Below are positions 1-10,296 of a stretch of 64,000 bases of DNA, one piece after another. The stretch lies in assembly GCA_000746765.1 (NCBI GenBank), contig JOSY01000006.1:21603-85602 (forward strand), given 5' to 3'. This stretch comes from Marine Group I thaumarchaeote SCGC AAA799-D11. Its GTDB lineage: Archaea; Thermoproteota; Nitrososphaeria; Nitrososphaerales; Nitrosopumilaceae. How positions within the stretch are numbered: position 1 is the stretch's first letter; each line of letters starts with the position of its first letter. Position numbers and translations under genes: made by a program. The notes beneath the pieces are model-generated. The model was not told where the DNA came from. It ran no database searches and saw only the letters and a program-made list of their open reading frames with translations.

Positions 1-692
1 CACTTTTTTCCAAGATTTCTTACTATTTCAGCTAAAATCATCTGTCCATCTTTTTTTGTAGCTTTTGTAGGATCTCCCCAAATACCGTTTTTGGTAGCTT
101 TTGGAAATGATTTGTTTGCTAATTTCCCTAATCTCTTAATTTCTTGTTTTGTCATTTTTTCTGTAATGAGACCTTTTCTTGCTGACTTTATTTTGACGTT
201 TTTAGAAATTGCTAACATTAATGATGTTTCAACAAATCCTGCATGATCAAAATCTCTTTCCATAAAATGCCAGTAAGAAAATGGAAATACTTTGAGTTTG
301 TTTTTTGAAATTTTTTTCAACTTACTATCGATATTTTTTATTGAATTTTGATTTCCATGATGTCCATTAATTATGAAAATGGTTTTGATGTTATTTTCTA
401 AGAGTGAAGAGCATATGTCAATTAAAACCGTCTGGAGGGTAGTTTTCTTGATACTCAAATTAAAAAATGGAGCATGCTCAAATGACACTCCGTAGGATAA
501 TGTTGGAAGCAAGAGATATCCTCTTTTTTCACAAATTTCTTTTGCAATTGCTGTTACAATGTCTGTATCAGTTGAGATAGGAAGATGTGGACCGTGTTGT
601 TCTATTGAGCCTATTGGAATTACTGCAACTTGTTTTTTTCTTTTAATAGCATTTCTCAGATTAGGATCAAATTGTGTTTTTATTTCTGTCAT
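1..692 (-). CDS. Creatininase / creatinine amidohydrolase family protein (3' end outside the window)
   Basis: Manual translation from ATG at 692: MTEIKTQFDPNLR...IPIGSIEQHGPHLP...D...SFEH...NGHHGN...DHAG..ETS; these are creatininase-family motifs. Confidence 0.85.
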   Translation of the reverse strand, partial: MTEIKTQFDPNLRNAIKRKKQVAVIPIGSIEQHGPHLPISTDTDIVTAIAKEICEKRGYLLLPTLSYGVSFEHAPFFNLSIKKTTLQTVLIDICSSLLENNIKTIFIINGHHGNQNSIKNIDSKLKKISKNKLKVFPFSYWHFMERDFDHAGFVETSLMLAISKNVKIKSARKGLITEKMTKQEIKRLGKLANKSFPKATKNGIWGDPTKATKKDGQMILAEIVRNLGKK

Positions 693-697
693 TTGAT

Positions 698-1540
698 TCA
701 CTTTGATTTGATGTGAACCTTTCTCCAACGAACATCTAGTTTGTTCTCTAGATGCATCTTCATTGCTTTGAATAATGTATCTGCCTCTAGTTTTTGGCCT
801 TTTAATTTTATTTTTTCAAGAGTATCGTTTGGATCCACTTTGAAAGAATCTTGGAAAATTATTGGCCCTTGATCTAAGTTTTCAGTTACGTAATGTGATG
901 TAACTCCTACAATCTTTGTTCCTCTTTCATAAGCTTGTGCATATGCTAGTGCTCCAGGAAATGCAGGTAACAATGATGGGTGAATGTTGATGATTCTATT
1001 TGGATACCTCCAAACAAAATTAGGACTAAGAATTCTCATATATCTTGCAAGTGAAATCAAGTCAATATTGTATTTTTTACAAATTTGAATAATTTTCTCT
1101 TCTGCTTTTTGTTGATTTTTTTCTTCAACTGCAACAAATGGAATCTTTGCTTTCTTTGCTAGTGGCTCAAGTGTTTTTTCAGTACCAATTATTACTGAAA
1201 TATTTCCTTTCAATGATTTTGATTTTGCCAGAATTGTTTGTAGACATAATGGTTCTTTTGTAACAAATATTGCAATATTTTTCTGTGAATTTGTTTCATG
1301 ATGGGTACTTACATCCATTTTTTCTTTTTTAGCTAAAGCCTGAATTTCAGTATCAAATTTTTTTATATTAACTGCTTTTGCAAAAGAAACTTCTAGATAC
1401 ATTCCAAAGAGACCTTTGATTACATTTTGATTTACCTTCTCAATGTTTCCACCTTTTGAGAATGCAAAATTTGTAAATGAAGCTACAATACCTTCTCTGT
1501 CTTTACCAACAACTGTTATTCCAACTACAGTTTTTTTCAT
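698..1540 (-). CDS. purU: Formyltetrahydrofolate deformylase
   Basis: N-terminal ACT domain (GKDREGIVA), LARYMRIL, INIHPSLLPAFPG, LDQGPII; start moved to ATG at 1540 (MKKTVV). Confidence 0.9.
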   Translation of the reverse strand: MKKTVVGITVVGKDREGIVASFTNFAFSKGGNIEKVNQNVIKGLFGMYLEVSFAKAVNIKKFDTEIQALAKKEKMDVSTHHETNSQKNIAIFVTKEPLCLQTILAKSKSLKGNISVIIGTEKTLEPLAKKAKIPFVAVEEKNQQKAEEKIIQICKKYNIDLISLARYMRILSPNFVWRYPNRIINIHPSLLPAFPGALAYAQAYERGTKIVGVTSHYVTENLDQGPIIFQDSFKVDPNDTLEKIKLKGQKLEADTLFKAMKMHLENKLDVRWRKVHIKSK

Positions 1541-1592
1541 GACTTTGTTTTTTGAAGATTTTCTCATTATTAATCATTCACAGAAATTAATG

Positions 1593-1680
1593 TGGTGCGG
1601 GAGGTGGGATTTGAACCCACGAACTCCTAAGAGATAGGGTCCTAAGCCCTACGCCTTTGACCAGGCTGGGCGACTCCCGC
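1593..1680 (-). tRNA. tRNA-Leu(TAG), CCA encoded
   Basis: Reverse complement GCGGGAG...GTAGGG CTTAGGA CCCTAT...long variable arm...GGTTCAAATCC CACCTCCCGC ACCA. Confidence 0.95.
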
Positions 1681-1727
1681 AACGGACTTGCCATTAAACA
1701 CAAATTTATCTATTATTGAATTACATC

Positions 1728-3077
1728 ATGGCAAAATTTTTTGGCACAAATGGAATTCGTGGCGTCTTTGATGAAGATTTTACTTTGGATTTTATTCATG
1801 ATATGACTTTAGCAATTGGAACTTATTTTGAAAAGGGACCAATATTGATAGGATATGACGGCAGAAATTCTAGTCCTATAATTTGCAAAGTTGTAACTTC
1901 TACTCTTAACTCCATAGGCATTGATTGCAATGTTGCAGGAATTGTTCCAACTCCTTGTCTTGAATTTGCAGTAAAGAAATTAGGATATTCAGGTGGCATC
2001 ATGATTACTGCTTCTCATAATCCTCCACAATACAATGGAATCAAACCAGCTGCATCTGATGGGGTAGAGATCTCTCGTGAAGATGAATTAGTTATTGAAG
2101 ATATCTACATTAAAAAAAATTGGATTAAAAACTCTACAAATTGGGGAACAACAAAAAAAGAAGAACGTGCAATTGATGTTTATCTTAATGGAATTGCCTC
2201 ACAAGTTAATTCTAAACTAATAGAATCAAAACATTTCAAAGTTGTTTTAGATCTTGGAAATGGTGCTCAGGCAGTATCTGCTCCTGATTTTTGTAAACTG
2301 ATTAATTGTGAAACTTTTCTTGTAAATGAAAATATTGATGGTGCATTTCCAGGACGTGGTTCAGAACCAACACCTCAAAATCTTTCAGAATTATCAAAAA
2401 CCGTAATTCAAAACAATGCTGATCTAGGAATAGCATTTGATGGTGATGGTGATCGAAGTATTTTTTGTGACAATAAAGGAAATATTTTGACTGGTGATAA
2501 ATCTGCACTCTTGTTAACTAAACACATCTTAACAAATAATCCAAACTCATTAGTTGTTACTTGTTTGAATTCTGGTTCTAATATTGAAGTTTTAGCAGAA
2601 CAATTTGGTTCTAAAGTAATTCGTACTAAAGTTGGCAGCGTTGAAGTCTCAAGAAAGATGGTTCCAACTGATGCGCTAATTGGTTTTGAAGAAAATGGTG
2701 GCTTTATGTTTGGAAAACATAACCAAGTCAGAGACGGATGTATGACTTTGGCATTAATGCTTGATCTGCTAGCTGCATCTTCTAATCCACTATCTGATGA
2801 AATCTCTAATCTACCTCCGTCTTTTACTACAAAAGACAAGGTATCCTGCTCTCCTGAAAATGTACCAAAACTAATTTCATCTCTAAAAGATGAATTTCCA
2901 AATTCTGATACTTCTGATGGTATCAAAATTAACATAGATTCTAGAAATTGGGTTATGATCCGACCTAGTGGAACAGAACCAATTGTTAGAGTATATGCTG
3001 AAGCTCAAAGTCAAGAAAAATTAGATGATTTGATGTCTGAATATCTCCAAAAAGTTAAGACAATCATCTCCAGATAA
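1728..3077 (+). CDS. glmM: Phosphoglucosamine mutase / phosphomannomutase
   Basis: FGTNGIRG, TASHNP phosphoserine loop, DGDGDR metal loop, RPSGTEP. Confidence 0.85.
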   Translation: MAKFFGTNGIRGVFDEDFTLDFIHDMTLAIGTYFEKGPILIGYDGRNSSPIICKVVTSTLNSIGIDCNVAGIVPTPCLEFAVKKLGYSGGIMITASHNPPQYNGIKPAASDGVEISREDELVIEDIYIKKNWIKNSTNWGTTKKEERAIDVYLNGIASQVNSKLIESKHFKVVLDLGNGAQAVSAPDFCKLINCETFLVNENIDGAFPGRGSEPTPQNLSELSKTVIQNNADLGIAFDGDGDRSIFCDNKGNILTGDKSALLLTKHILTNNPNSLVVTCLNSGSNIEVLAEQFGSKVIRTKVGSVEVSRKMVPTDALIGFEENGGFMFGKHNQVRDGCMTLALMLDLLAASSNPLSDEISNLPPSFTTKDKVSCSPENVPKLISSLKDEFPNSDTSDGIKINIDSRNWVMIRPSGTEPIVRVYAEAQSQEKLDDLMSEYLQKVKTIISR

Positions 3078-3080
3078 CAC

Positions 3081-3133
3081 TTTTAAAACCAAACCAAAGG
3101 ATGTAGGGAATGGAGAATGAACCTTAGGGTGAC
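3081..3133 (+). promoter_or_regulatory. TATA box (TTTTAAAA, 3081-3088) and kink-turn-like motif overlapping the SD of rpl7ae
   Basis: AAT-GAACC-TTAG-GGTGA at 3116-3132 can form tandem G.A/A.G pairs plus A-U, C-G, C-G; GGTGA is also the SD. Confidence 0.55.
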
Positions 3134-3138
3134 GAAGT

Positions 3139-3525
3139 ATGGGAAAAGCATATTATGTTAAATTTGAGACGCCAGAGGACCTCGTAAATCCAATCTTGGA
3201 GGCTGTTAGAGTTGCATCTACCAGTGGTAAAGTCAAGAAAGGAACTAACGAAGCAACCAAGGCAATCGAACGTGGTACTAGCAAATTAATTGTCATTGCT
3301 GAAGATGTAGAACCTCCTGAGGTTGTTGCACATCTTCCAATTCTATGTGAAGAACAAGGAGCAGCATTTGCATTTGTTCCCAGCAAACAAGAATTAGGCA
3401 AATCATTAGGTATTGACATTACTTCTGCCGCTGCAGCAATTTTGGATGCTGGTGACGCACAACACATTGTAGACCAAGTTGTCTCATCAATTGCTAAAAT
3501 TAAAGGTGGAAAGACTGATCAATGA
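3139..3525 (+). CDS. rpl7ae: 50S ribosomal protein L7Ae
   Basis: [29 protein letters not shown]. Confidence 0.97.
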   Translation: MGKAYYVKFETPEDLVNPILEAVRVASTSGKVKKGTNEATKAIERGTSKLIVIAEDVEPPEVVAHLPILCEEQGAAFAFVPSKQELGKSLGIDITSAAAAILDAGDAQHIVDQVVSSIAKIKGGKTDQ

Positions 3526-3734
3526 GCGCTACAACTGATGAAGTAGTTCACTCTGAAATTATTCAAATTGTTGGACGAACTGGTATTGCAGGTGAAGTAA
3601 TTCAAGTTAGAGTTAAAGTTCTTACTGGAAAAGATAAAGGTAGAATTCTTACTAGAAACGTCAAAGGTTCTGTTAGATTGGGAGAAATTCTAATGCTAAG
3701 AGAAACAGAGAGAGAAGCAAAGAAGATCAAATAG
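3522..3734 (+). CDS. rps28e: 30S ribosomal protein S28e
   Basis: [27 protein letters not shown]; operon context. Confidence 0.95.
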   Translation: MSATTDEVVHSEIIQIVGRTGIAGEVIQVRVKVLTGKDKGRILTRNVKGSVRLGEILMLRETEREAKKIK

Positions 3735-3743
3735 GTGAATTGA

Positions 3744-3944
3744 ATGAGTCTTTTAGTTAAACCATGTAATTTCTGTAACAGACCAGTTGCAAAAGGTTCT
3801 GGTACAATGCTTGCAAAAAATGATGGAACTGTATTATGGTTTTGTTCAGCAAAATGCAAAAAGAATGCGCTAGAGCTCAAACGTGATCCAAGAAAATTCA
3901 AGTGGACAAAAAAATACGTCAAAGGCGGAATTAAAAAGAAGTAA
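3744..3944 (+). CDS. rpl24e: 50S ribosomal protein L24e
   Basis: CNFC...GSG...DG..WFCSAKC...RDPRKFKWT. Confidence 0.95.
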   Translation: MSLLVKPCNFCNRPVAKGSGTMLAKNDGTVLWFCSAKCKKNALELKRDPRKFKWTKKYVKGGIKKK

Positions 3945-3946
3945 AA

Positions 3947-4348
3947 TTGACCGAAAAATCATTATTCATTGTAAAGCCAGATGCAGTAGCTAGAAATCTA
4001 GTTGGTGAAGTTATTTCTAGATTTGAAAGAAAAGGATTCAAAATTTTGAAATTAAAGATGTTTACATTTACCCAAGAACAAGCAGAAAACTTCTATGGTG
4101 TTCATAAAGACAAACCATTCTTTGGTGAATTAACATCATTTATCACATCAGGACCTGTAGTTGCAGCAATTATTGAAGGTAATAATGCAATTGCAACTAC
4201 TAGAATAATGATTGGCGCAACAAAATCTTTTGAAGCAGCACCTGGTTCTATTAGAGGTGACTTTGGATTGGGATTTAGTGAAAATATCATTCATGCATCA
4301 GATTCACAAGAAAGTTTTGATCACGAATCGAGGGTAGCATTTGAGTGA
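3947..4348 (+). CDS. ndk: Nucleoside diphosphate kinase
   Basis: [21 protein letters not shown] catalytic His. Confidence 0.97.
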   Translation: MTEKSLFIVKPDAVARNLVGEVISRFERKGFKILKLKMFTFTQEQAENFYGVHKDKPFFGELTSFITSGPVVAAIIEGNNAIATTRIMIGATKSFEAAPGSIRGDFGLGFSENIIHASDSQESFDHESRVAFE

Positions 4349-4354
4349 TCTGTT

Positions 4355-6136
4355 TTGCAAATTCGTCAGCCCATAGTGGCAGTTCTTGGTCACGTAGACT
4401 CTGGTAAAACATCCCTTTTAGATAGAATTCGTGGAACTGGCGTTCAAGGTAGAGAGGCTGGAGGAATCACACAACACATTGGTGCAAGTTTTCTTCCCAC
4501 TGAAACAATCAAAGAAACCTGTGGTCCGTTATACAAGAAACTTGAACAATCAGAAAATAAAATTCCTGGAATCTTAGTTATTGATACCCCTGGACACGAA
4601 GTTTTTACAAATCTTCGTTCTCGTGGAGGTTCTGCAGCTGATATTGCAATTTTAGTAGTTGATGTTAATCGCGGATTTCAACCACAAACAAATGAAAGTT
4701 TGAAAATTTTACAGAGTAGGAAAGTTCCTTTTGTTGTAGCTTTAAACAAATGTGATCAAATTTCTGGATGGCGAAAGTCTGAAACTTCTTTTATCTCACA
4801 AGCAATCAAAGAACAAGATGCATCTATTCAAGCTGATCTTGACCAAAAAATCTATGATGTTGTAGGAACTCTTTCTGTTTTAGGATATCAGTCTGAGGCA
4901 TTTTATCGCGTAAAGGACTTTAAATCTGAAATTGCAATTGTTCCAATCTCTGCTCGTTCGGGCGTTGGAATTCCCGAACTTCTTAGTGTTTTAGTGGGAT
5001 TGACCCAACAATACCTGCAAAAAAGACTCAATCAAGAAGAAAAAGATCCACGTGGAATTGTTTTAGAAGTGAAAGATGAGGTTGGACTGGGACAGACTGC
5101 AAATATTATCTTAATTGATGGTTCCATCAAAAAAGAAGATAGTATTGTTGTTGCAAAACGTGATGGTGTAATTGTTACAAAACCAAAAGCATTGTTGCTA
5201 CCAAAAGCGCTTGACGAGATGCGTGATCCTCGTGATAAATTCAAACCAACTCCTCAAGTAGATGCTGCAGCTGGACTAAAGATTGCCTCACCAGAACTAG
5301 AAGGGGTTCTTCCAGGAAGTACACTATATGTTGCAAGAAATGATGAGGAGATTACAAAATACACCAATCTCATAGAATCTGAAATGAAATCTATGTTTGT
5401 TGATACTGAAACTAATGGAATTATTCTAAAATGTGATACTATAGGTTCACTTGAAGCCATAGTTGAGATGCTAAGGCGCTCACAAGTGCCTGTAGCAAAA
5501 GCCGACATTGGTCCTGTGACTAGACGTGATGTAATTGAAGCAAAGGCAATAAAGGAAAAAGACAGACATTTAGGAATTGTTTTGGCATTTAATGTCAAAG
5601 TTTTACCTGATGCAAAAGAAGAATCAGAAATTAGTCATATCAAAGTCTTTGAAGACAAAGTGATCTATAGTTTAATTGATAACTATAATGCTTGGGTTGA
5701 AGAAGATTCTGCCCATCAAGAAGATGCAATATTTTCTGAATTAACTCCTGTTTCTAAATTCACTTTTCTAAAAGGAATGGTATTTAGAAATAACAATCCT
5801 GCAGTTTTTGGAATTAGAATAGATGTTGGAACTCTAAAACACAAAATTCCATTTATGAATTCTGATGGACGTAAAATTGGTAACATACATCAACTTCAAC
5901 ATGATAAAAAAACAGTAACTTCAGCTAAGGCAGGTGATGAAGTTGCATGTTCAGTTCAAGATGTAACTATTGGAAGGCAAATTTTTGAAGAAGAAGTTTT
6001 TTACACATTTCCTCCCTCTCATGAAGCAAAACAACTACTAAACAAATTCATGCATAAACTAAGTACTGAAGAACAAGAAGTACTAAATGAAATAGTAGAA
6101 ATTCAAAGAAAGAAAGAAGCAGCTTATGCTTACTGA
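4355..6136 (+). CDS. infB: Translation initiation factor IF-2 (aIF5B)
   Basis: GHVDSGKTSLLD, EAGGITQHIGA, DTPGHE, NKCD. Confidence 0.97.
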   Translation: MQIRQPIVAVLGHVDSGKTSLLDRIRGTGVQGREAGGITQHIGASFLPTETIKETCGPLYKKLEQSENKIPGILVIDTPGHEVFTNLRSRGGSAADIAILVVDVNRGFQPQTNESLKILQSRKVPFVVALNKCDQISGWRKSETSFISQAIKEQDASIQADLDQKIYDVVGTLSVLGYQSEAFYRVKDFKSEIAIVPISARSGVGIPELLSVLVGLTQQYLQKRLNQEEKDPRGIVLEVKDEVGLGQTANIILIDGSIKKEDSIVVAKRDGVIVTKPKALLLPKALDEMRDPRDKFKPTPQVDAAAGLKIASPELEGVLPGSTLYVARNDEEITKYTNLIESEMKSMFVDTETNGIILKCDTIGSLEAIVEMLRRSQVPVAKADIGPVTRRDVIEAKAIKEKDRHLGIVLAFNVKVLPDAKEESEISHIKVFEDKVIYSLIDNYNAWVEEDSAHQEDAIFSELTPVSKFTFLKGMVFRNNNPAVFGIRIDVGTLKHKIPFMNSDGRKIGNIHQLQHDKKTVTSAKAGDEVACSVQDVTIGRQIFEEEVFYTFPPSHEAKQLLNKFMHKLSTEEQEVLNEIVEIQRKKEAAYAY

Positions 6137-6138
6137 TT

Positions 6139-6540
6139 TTATTGCGAATGCTTTTGGCAAATCATATTGATTCCAGGAGCTCCTACTGCACCCATTATCT
6201 TATCAACAATTTGTCCTGATTTGAACATGATGAATGTTGGAATTGATTGTACTGCAAACTTCATTGCAATATTTTGATTATTATCAACATTGACTCTTGC
6301 AAATTTTACTTTAGGATATTTTTTTGACAGACTCTCGAATACTGGATGCATCATCTTACATGGTCCACACCACTCTGCCCAAAAATCAACCAAAGTTGGA
6401 TTTTCAGCCAAAATAGTCTGCTCAAAATTCGAGTCATCCAAATCAATAATTCCAGGCTCGACTTTAGGCTGGTTTTGCTGTTTTAGCATCTCTTCTAATT
6501 TTCTCTGCTTGATTTTTTCAATTTCTGGGTCTTCAGACAA
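6139..6540 (-). CDS. trxA: Thioredoxin
   Basis: WAEWCGPC active site, SIPT. Confidence 0.92.
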   Translation of the reverse strand: MSEDPEIEKIKQRKLEEMLKQQNQPKVEPGIIDLDDSNFEQTILAENPTLVDFWAEWCGPCKMMHPVFESLSKKYPKVKFARVNVDNNQNIAMKFAVQSIPTFIMFKSGQIVDKIMGAVGAPGINMICQKHSQ

Positions 6541-6584
6541 TATGGTGTCAAAGTCTATTCTACTAAAAAATCTATATTGAAAAA

Positions 6585-6731
6585 TTATTCGTCCTCAGAT
6601 TTTACTGGAATTGATTCAAATCGTCTTGAATTGCAAATGGGACACTGATCGATGTATTTTGTAAAACTAACTGAAGTATATGCAATTCCACAATCTCCGC
6701 AAATTCGAAGATTTCTACTCAGTTTTCCCAT
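6585..6731 (-). CDS. Small zinc-ribbon protein (48 aa)
   Basis: Manual translation MGKLSRNLRICGDCGIAYTSVSFTKYIDQCPICNSRRFESIPVKSEDE; two CxxC pairs. Confidence 0.7.
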   Translation of the reverse strand: MGKLSRNLRICGDCGIAYTSVSFTKYIDQCPICNSRRFESIPVKSEDE

Positions 6732-6755
6732 GTTGATTATCAAAAAGTATTATGA

Positions 6756-8326
6756 TTAAAACCTAACTCGTCTTACTTTTTTTATTCCAAAGAATAACAT
6801 TGCTGGTGCTGCAAAATACATTCCGATGTTTATCAATATGACACCAATTCCGTATCCAAGAACTTGTGATTCTGATTCTGCATATTCCATAATGGATAAT
6901 GATGATAAGAGTGGTGTAATTCCAATCTTTACCATTTCTTTGAACATTGGGTTTTCTCTTTGCATGTCTGCAATGTAAGGTGAGAATGAATAGTAAACTT
7001 GGTTAAATCCTGTCATAAATGATGTTCCTGATTCAGTATTCATTAATTGATTATCACGAATTTCTCTTAAGAATTGAACTTGTGGTGCCATCTCAGAACC
7101 ATATGCCGCAGTTGCAATTAAGCAACCCCCACCACTACTCTTACTTTCTGATGGAATAACTGTACATTTTCCATCTACTAACTTTGTTCCTTCACCACAT
7201 TCTCCAAATTCTGGTTCAACAATTTCTGGTTCTTCTAATCCTACTGCTTCATAAATTGTCATTTCAGGATATGTTTTATCAAACCAGTCCTTGTATGTAA
7301 TTTCATTATTGTATCTATCTACATAGTACTGAGGATCTAGATTTGGATCCACAAATGGTGCTAATACCTTTGGTTCTTCTATATCATCAAACCACTTTTT
7401 GTAGCCTGCCTCGTCATTGTATCTGTCCACATAACTTTGAGGATCTTTTGTCTCATCAACAAATGGTGCAGGAATCTCTAGAGGTTATCATCAAACCACT
7501 TTTTGTAGCCTGCCTCGTCATTGTATCTGTCCACATAACTTTGAGGATCTTTTGTCTCATCAACAAATGGTGCAGGAATCTCTAACTCTTCAGGTTCTGG
7601 TGTTGTTTGTTTTGTTTCTGTTTTCTCTTCTGGTTCAGGTTCTGGATTTACTGCATCAGGTTCATTGACTGTAATTGTAATTGTATCTCTATCTGTTTGA
7701 CTGCCTTTTGTTACAACAATATCAAAAGTATATTCTGCCCCCGGATTATTTCCATGAGAGCCTGATGGTGTCCATGTGAATTTACCCGTACTAGAATCAA
7801 TTGTTGCTCCGCTAGGTGGATTTTTTTCTAAACTGTATACTTCATTTTCCACTGAACTGTCTGTTATTTCTACAGTAAATGAAACTGTTTTTAATTCATC
7901 TACTTCTTTATCTGAAATTGGTTTTAATTCCAAAACAAAATCCGGAATTTGAAACACCCTGTCTCCATCGAATTCTAATTTTATCGAAGTACCGTTTTCT
8001 ACATATTCACTGTCCGTAAATGCTGTTGCAGTGTAAATTCCTTTAATTCCAAAAATACTATCCACTGATTTTGGAAATGTTTCAAACACCCCTTGTTGTG
8101 GAGTAGGATCTGATAACACTTCCTCAAATTTTCCATTTGGATTAAAAATCATCACATGAACCATTTCTTGTCCTTCTTGTTCACCAACAAATTTGATATT
8201 TTCATTTATTGTGTAAAAATTCTTGTCTAATGAAAATGAGGTCACACTAGCATAAGCTGGTGTTAGCATAAGCAAAGATAATGAAAATACGGCAAATATT
8301 CCTAATTTTGTGCTCACAAAATTCAT
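6756..8326 (-). pseudogene. Secreted/surface protein with Ig-like domain and C-terminal CFI-box-CTERM-type anchor, split by a frameshift at ~7481-7485
   Basis: Signal peptide and Ig-like repeat in 7478-8326; GGGCLIATAAYGSE..V..LR..RD plus TM segment in 6756-7430; the halves are joined by an out-of-frame duplication. Confidence 0.75.
7382..7584. repeat. Tandem direct repeat, 2 x 99 bp identical, 5-bp spacer (period 104)
   Basis: tatcatcaaaccactttttgtagcc...ggaatctcta at 7382-7480 and 7486-7584, spacer gaggt. Confidence 0.92.
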
Positions 8327-8395
8327 TTGTTTTTGAGCCTTTTAAAAAACACGTATAATTTCTTCTAAAGAATTGCAAAGAAATCTTCACAAAAA

Positions 8396-8812
8396 TTACA
8401 AATCAAGCAAAAATCTCATAAACACTCCACCGTTTTGCTTGATTTCCATATCGTAAAAAGTTGGAGCCTTTATCTCTACTTTGAAATTGTGTTTTTGAAA
8501 ATCAAGTGGTTCACCATATGCTATTGCATCTATCTTATAATCTCCATTTTGAGTAATGTCTAGTTCTATTCTCTTAATTGCAAATCCTTCAGTAATTAAC
8601 AAAAATGGAATTTCTTCTAACCAACTAAATAACAAATATCGCAAGTCTTTTCCTTTAGCTGAAAATTCCTTTTGCTCTTTTTCTTCAACCTTATCTTGAT
8701 CAAGTGTCAAATTGATTACTGCATCTGCTGTAACTGAGAACGCTTCTTTCAGATCCTTTGCTGTAACTTCAATTATGGCATCTGTTGCATGATCTAAAAA
8801 CTTGTAACTCAA
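8396..8812 (-). CDS. Archease
   Basis: YKFLDHATD, EIKAPT, C-terminal LDL. Confidence 0.9.
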   Translation of the reverse strand: MSYKFLDHATDAIIEVTAKDLKEAFSVTADAVINLTLDQDKVEEKEQKEFSAKGKDLRYLLFSWLEEIPFLLITEGFAIKRIELDITQNGDYKIDAIAYGEPLDFQKHNFKVEIKAPTFYDMEIKQNGGVFMRFLLDL

Positions 8813-8854
8813 TTGTATGTTTTGATTTCTTTCTAACTATTAATCTAGTTGGTA

Positions 8855-9222
8855 TTATTCTGTTTTGTCATCCATCTCAATAATTCCAAATGCATTCATT
8901 TCAGTATCTGTACATTGTGCAAACCATCCCACTTTGGGAATTGCCATTTTTGGAACAATCACTTGTCATCCTTTCTCAATAATTTTCTTTGAAAATTCAT
9001 CAATTGATGCAACCGTAATTGTATTTGTTATGCCAATTTGACCTGAAATTCTCTTTGATAACCCACCATTAATCCCTACTCTTCTTCAGAACCAGTAGTG
9101 ATCATCCAGTAATCCATCGGACCATCCCATTTTTCAAACTTCCAATCAAATACCTCTTTGTAGAATTTCTGTGCTCTCTCAGGATTATCAGATGGAATAT
9201 CAAAATGTGAAACTCGCGGCAT
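8855..9222 (-). pseudogene. VOC/glyoxalase family pseudogene
   Basis: MPRVSHFDIPSDNPERAQKFY...; frameshift at ~9077 before GINGGL; in-frame TGA at 8966-8968 (KG*QVIVPKMAIP.VGWFA..DTE.N.FG). Confidence 0.85.
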
Positions 9223-9312
9223 AATTCTCTCTAAGTTTCTAGTCATAAAATAATTTCTAATTCTATCTTTCACTCGTAAAGTAATTTAGTACGATTTTAT
9301 TTTGAGAATCAA

Positions 9313-9849
9313 ATGGAACCATTTGATTCATTTCTTGTATTTATCACAGAATTTCTAGGAGATCATCTCTATCAAGGAATATTTTTGGCATCTTTGATTG
9401 AAACATTGGTTCCACCAATTCCAACTTTGGTTGTTTTTCCAACAGCAGGATTCTTGGCATCTCAACAAGGAATTCCACTAATTGGCGTAGTTCCTATGAT
9501 AATTCTTGGTGCTATTGGCGCTACTATTGGAACGTCTTCAATTTACTTTATAGCTCTAAAACTTGGAAGAGCAGTTTTGTTACGTTATCTAAATTATTTC
9601 AAAATATCTGAAAAAAAATTAGTACGTGTTGAAGATTGGTTTGAAAAATATGGTGACAAAACAGTTTTTCTTGGAAGAATGGTTCCTGTAATGCGTGAAA
9701 TGATTTCAGTTCCTGCAGGTCTGCTAAAAATGAAAATTCCAAAGTTTTTTTTGTATACCTTTGCAGGTTCTTGCATTTGGTCTACTGGCACCATTTTATC
9801 TGGATATTATTTCGGAGAAGCAATGGGGCTTGCAACTAGCCAAATCTAG
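9313..9849 (+). CDS. DedA family membrane protein
   Basis: ETLVPPIP, AGFLA, FLGRMVPVMR...SVPAG. Confidence 0.88.
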   Translation: MEPFDSFLVFITEFLGDHLYQGIFLASLIETLVPPIPTLVVFPTAGFLASQQGIPLIGVVPMIILGAIGATIGTSSIYFIALKLGRAVLLRYLNYFKISEKKLVRVEDWFEKYGDKTVFLGRMVPVMREMISVPAGLLKMKIPKFFLYTFAGSCIWSTGTILSGYYFGEAMGLATSQI

Positions 9850-10034
9850 ATTTGTTCTAAATCCCTGTCTAAATTTACTCCAATCAATTCAGCCCATTTG
9901 GCTAATTTTTCAATAAATTCACTGTCTTCTTGTGTTAACATGAATTTTAATGGGATAATTACATAAAAGAAATTACTAATCAATTATTCATTTTTTTGAA
10001 AAATTTGAAAACTGCCTAGTTCTGCATAGTTATG

Positions 10035-10214
10035 TTAACTAGTTTCTTTGATTAGTGATTTGATACTGGAGATGCTCTCTGCATTAAGTTCAATCTCTTT
10101 GTGTTCTGCTAAGACATGTTCAGTAACTTTTGCCATCAACTCTTCTTCAGTATCTGCTGATGCTGACCATCCACAGTCTTTACCTGCATCTGAACAACTA
10201 ATGCTTTTTGTCAT
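10035..10214 (-). CDS. DUF1059-like small metal-binding protein (59 aa)
   Basis: Manual translation MTKSISCSDAGKDCGWSASADTEEELMAKVTEHVLAEH...; C-x6-C ... H-x4-H pattern. Confidence 0.8.
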   Translation of the reverse strand: MTKSISCSDAGKDCGWSASADTEEELMAKVTEHVLAEHKEIELNAESISSIKSLIKETS

Positions 10215-10296
10215 GATTTTGATACTTTTTAGAGATATTTATCTGATTTTACAATAAAGAAATATCTAAATCATAACACCTTATGAAATAATCATC

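Noticed and set aside
1443-1637. 64-aa plus-strand ORF
   Set aside because: Antisense to purU and tRNA-Leu; shadow ORF
8966-8968. In-frame TGA as possible selenocysteine or readthrough
   Set aside because: Falls where Gly is expected, and the gene also carries a frameshift; pseudogene is simpler
10048-10257. 69-aa plus-strand ORF in the track
   Set aside because: Antisense to the DUF1059-like gene at 10035-10214, which has the recognisable motif
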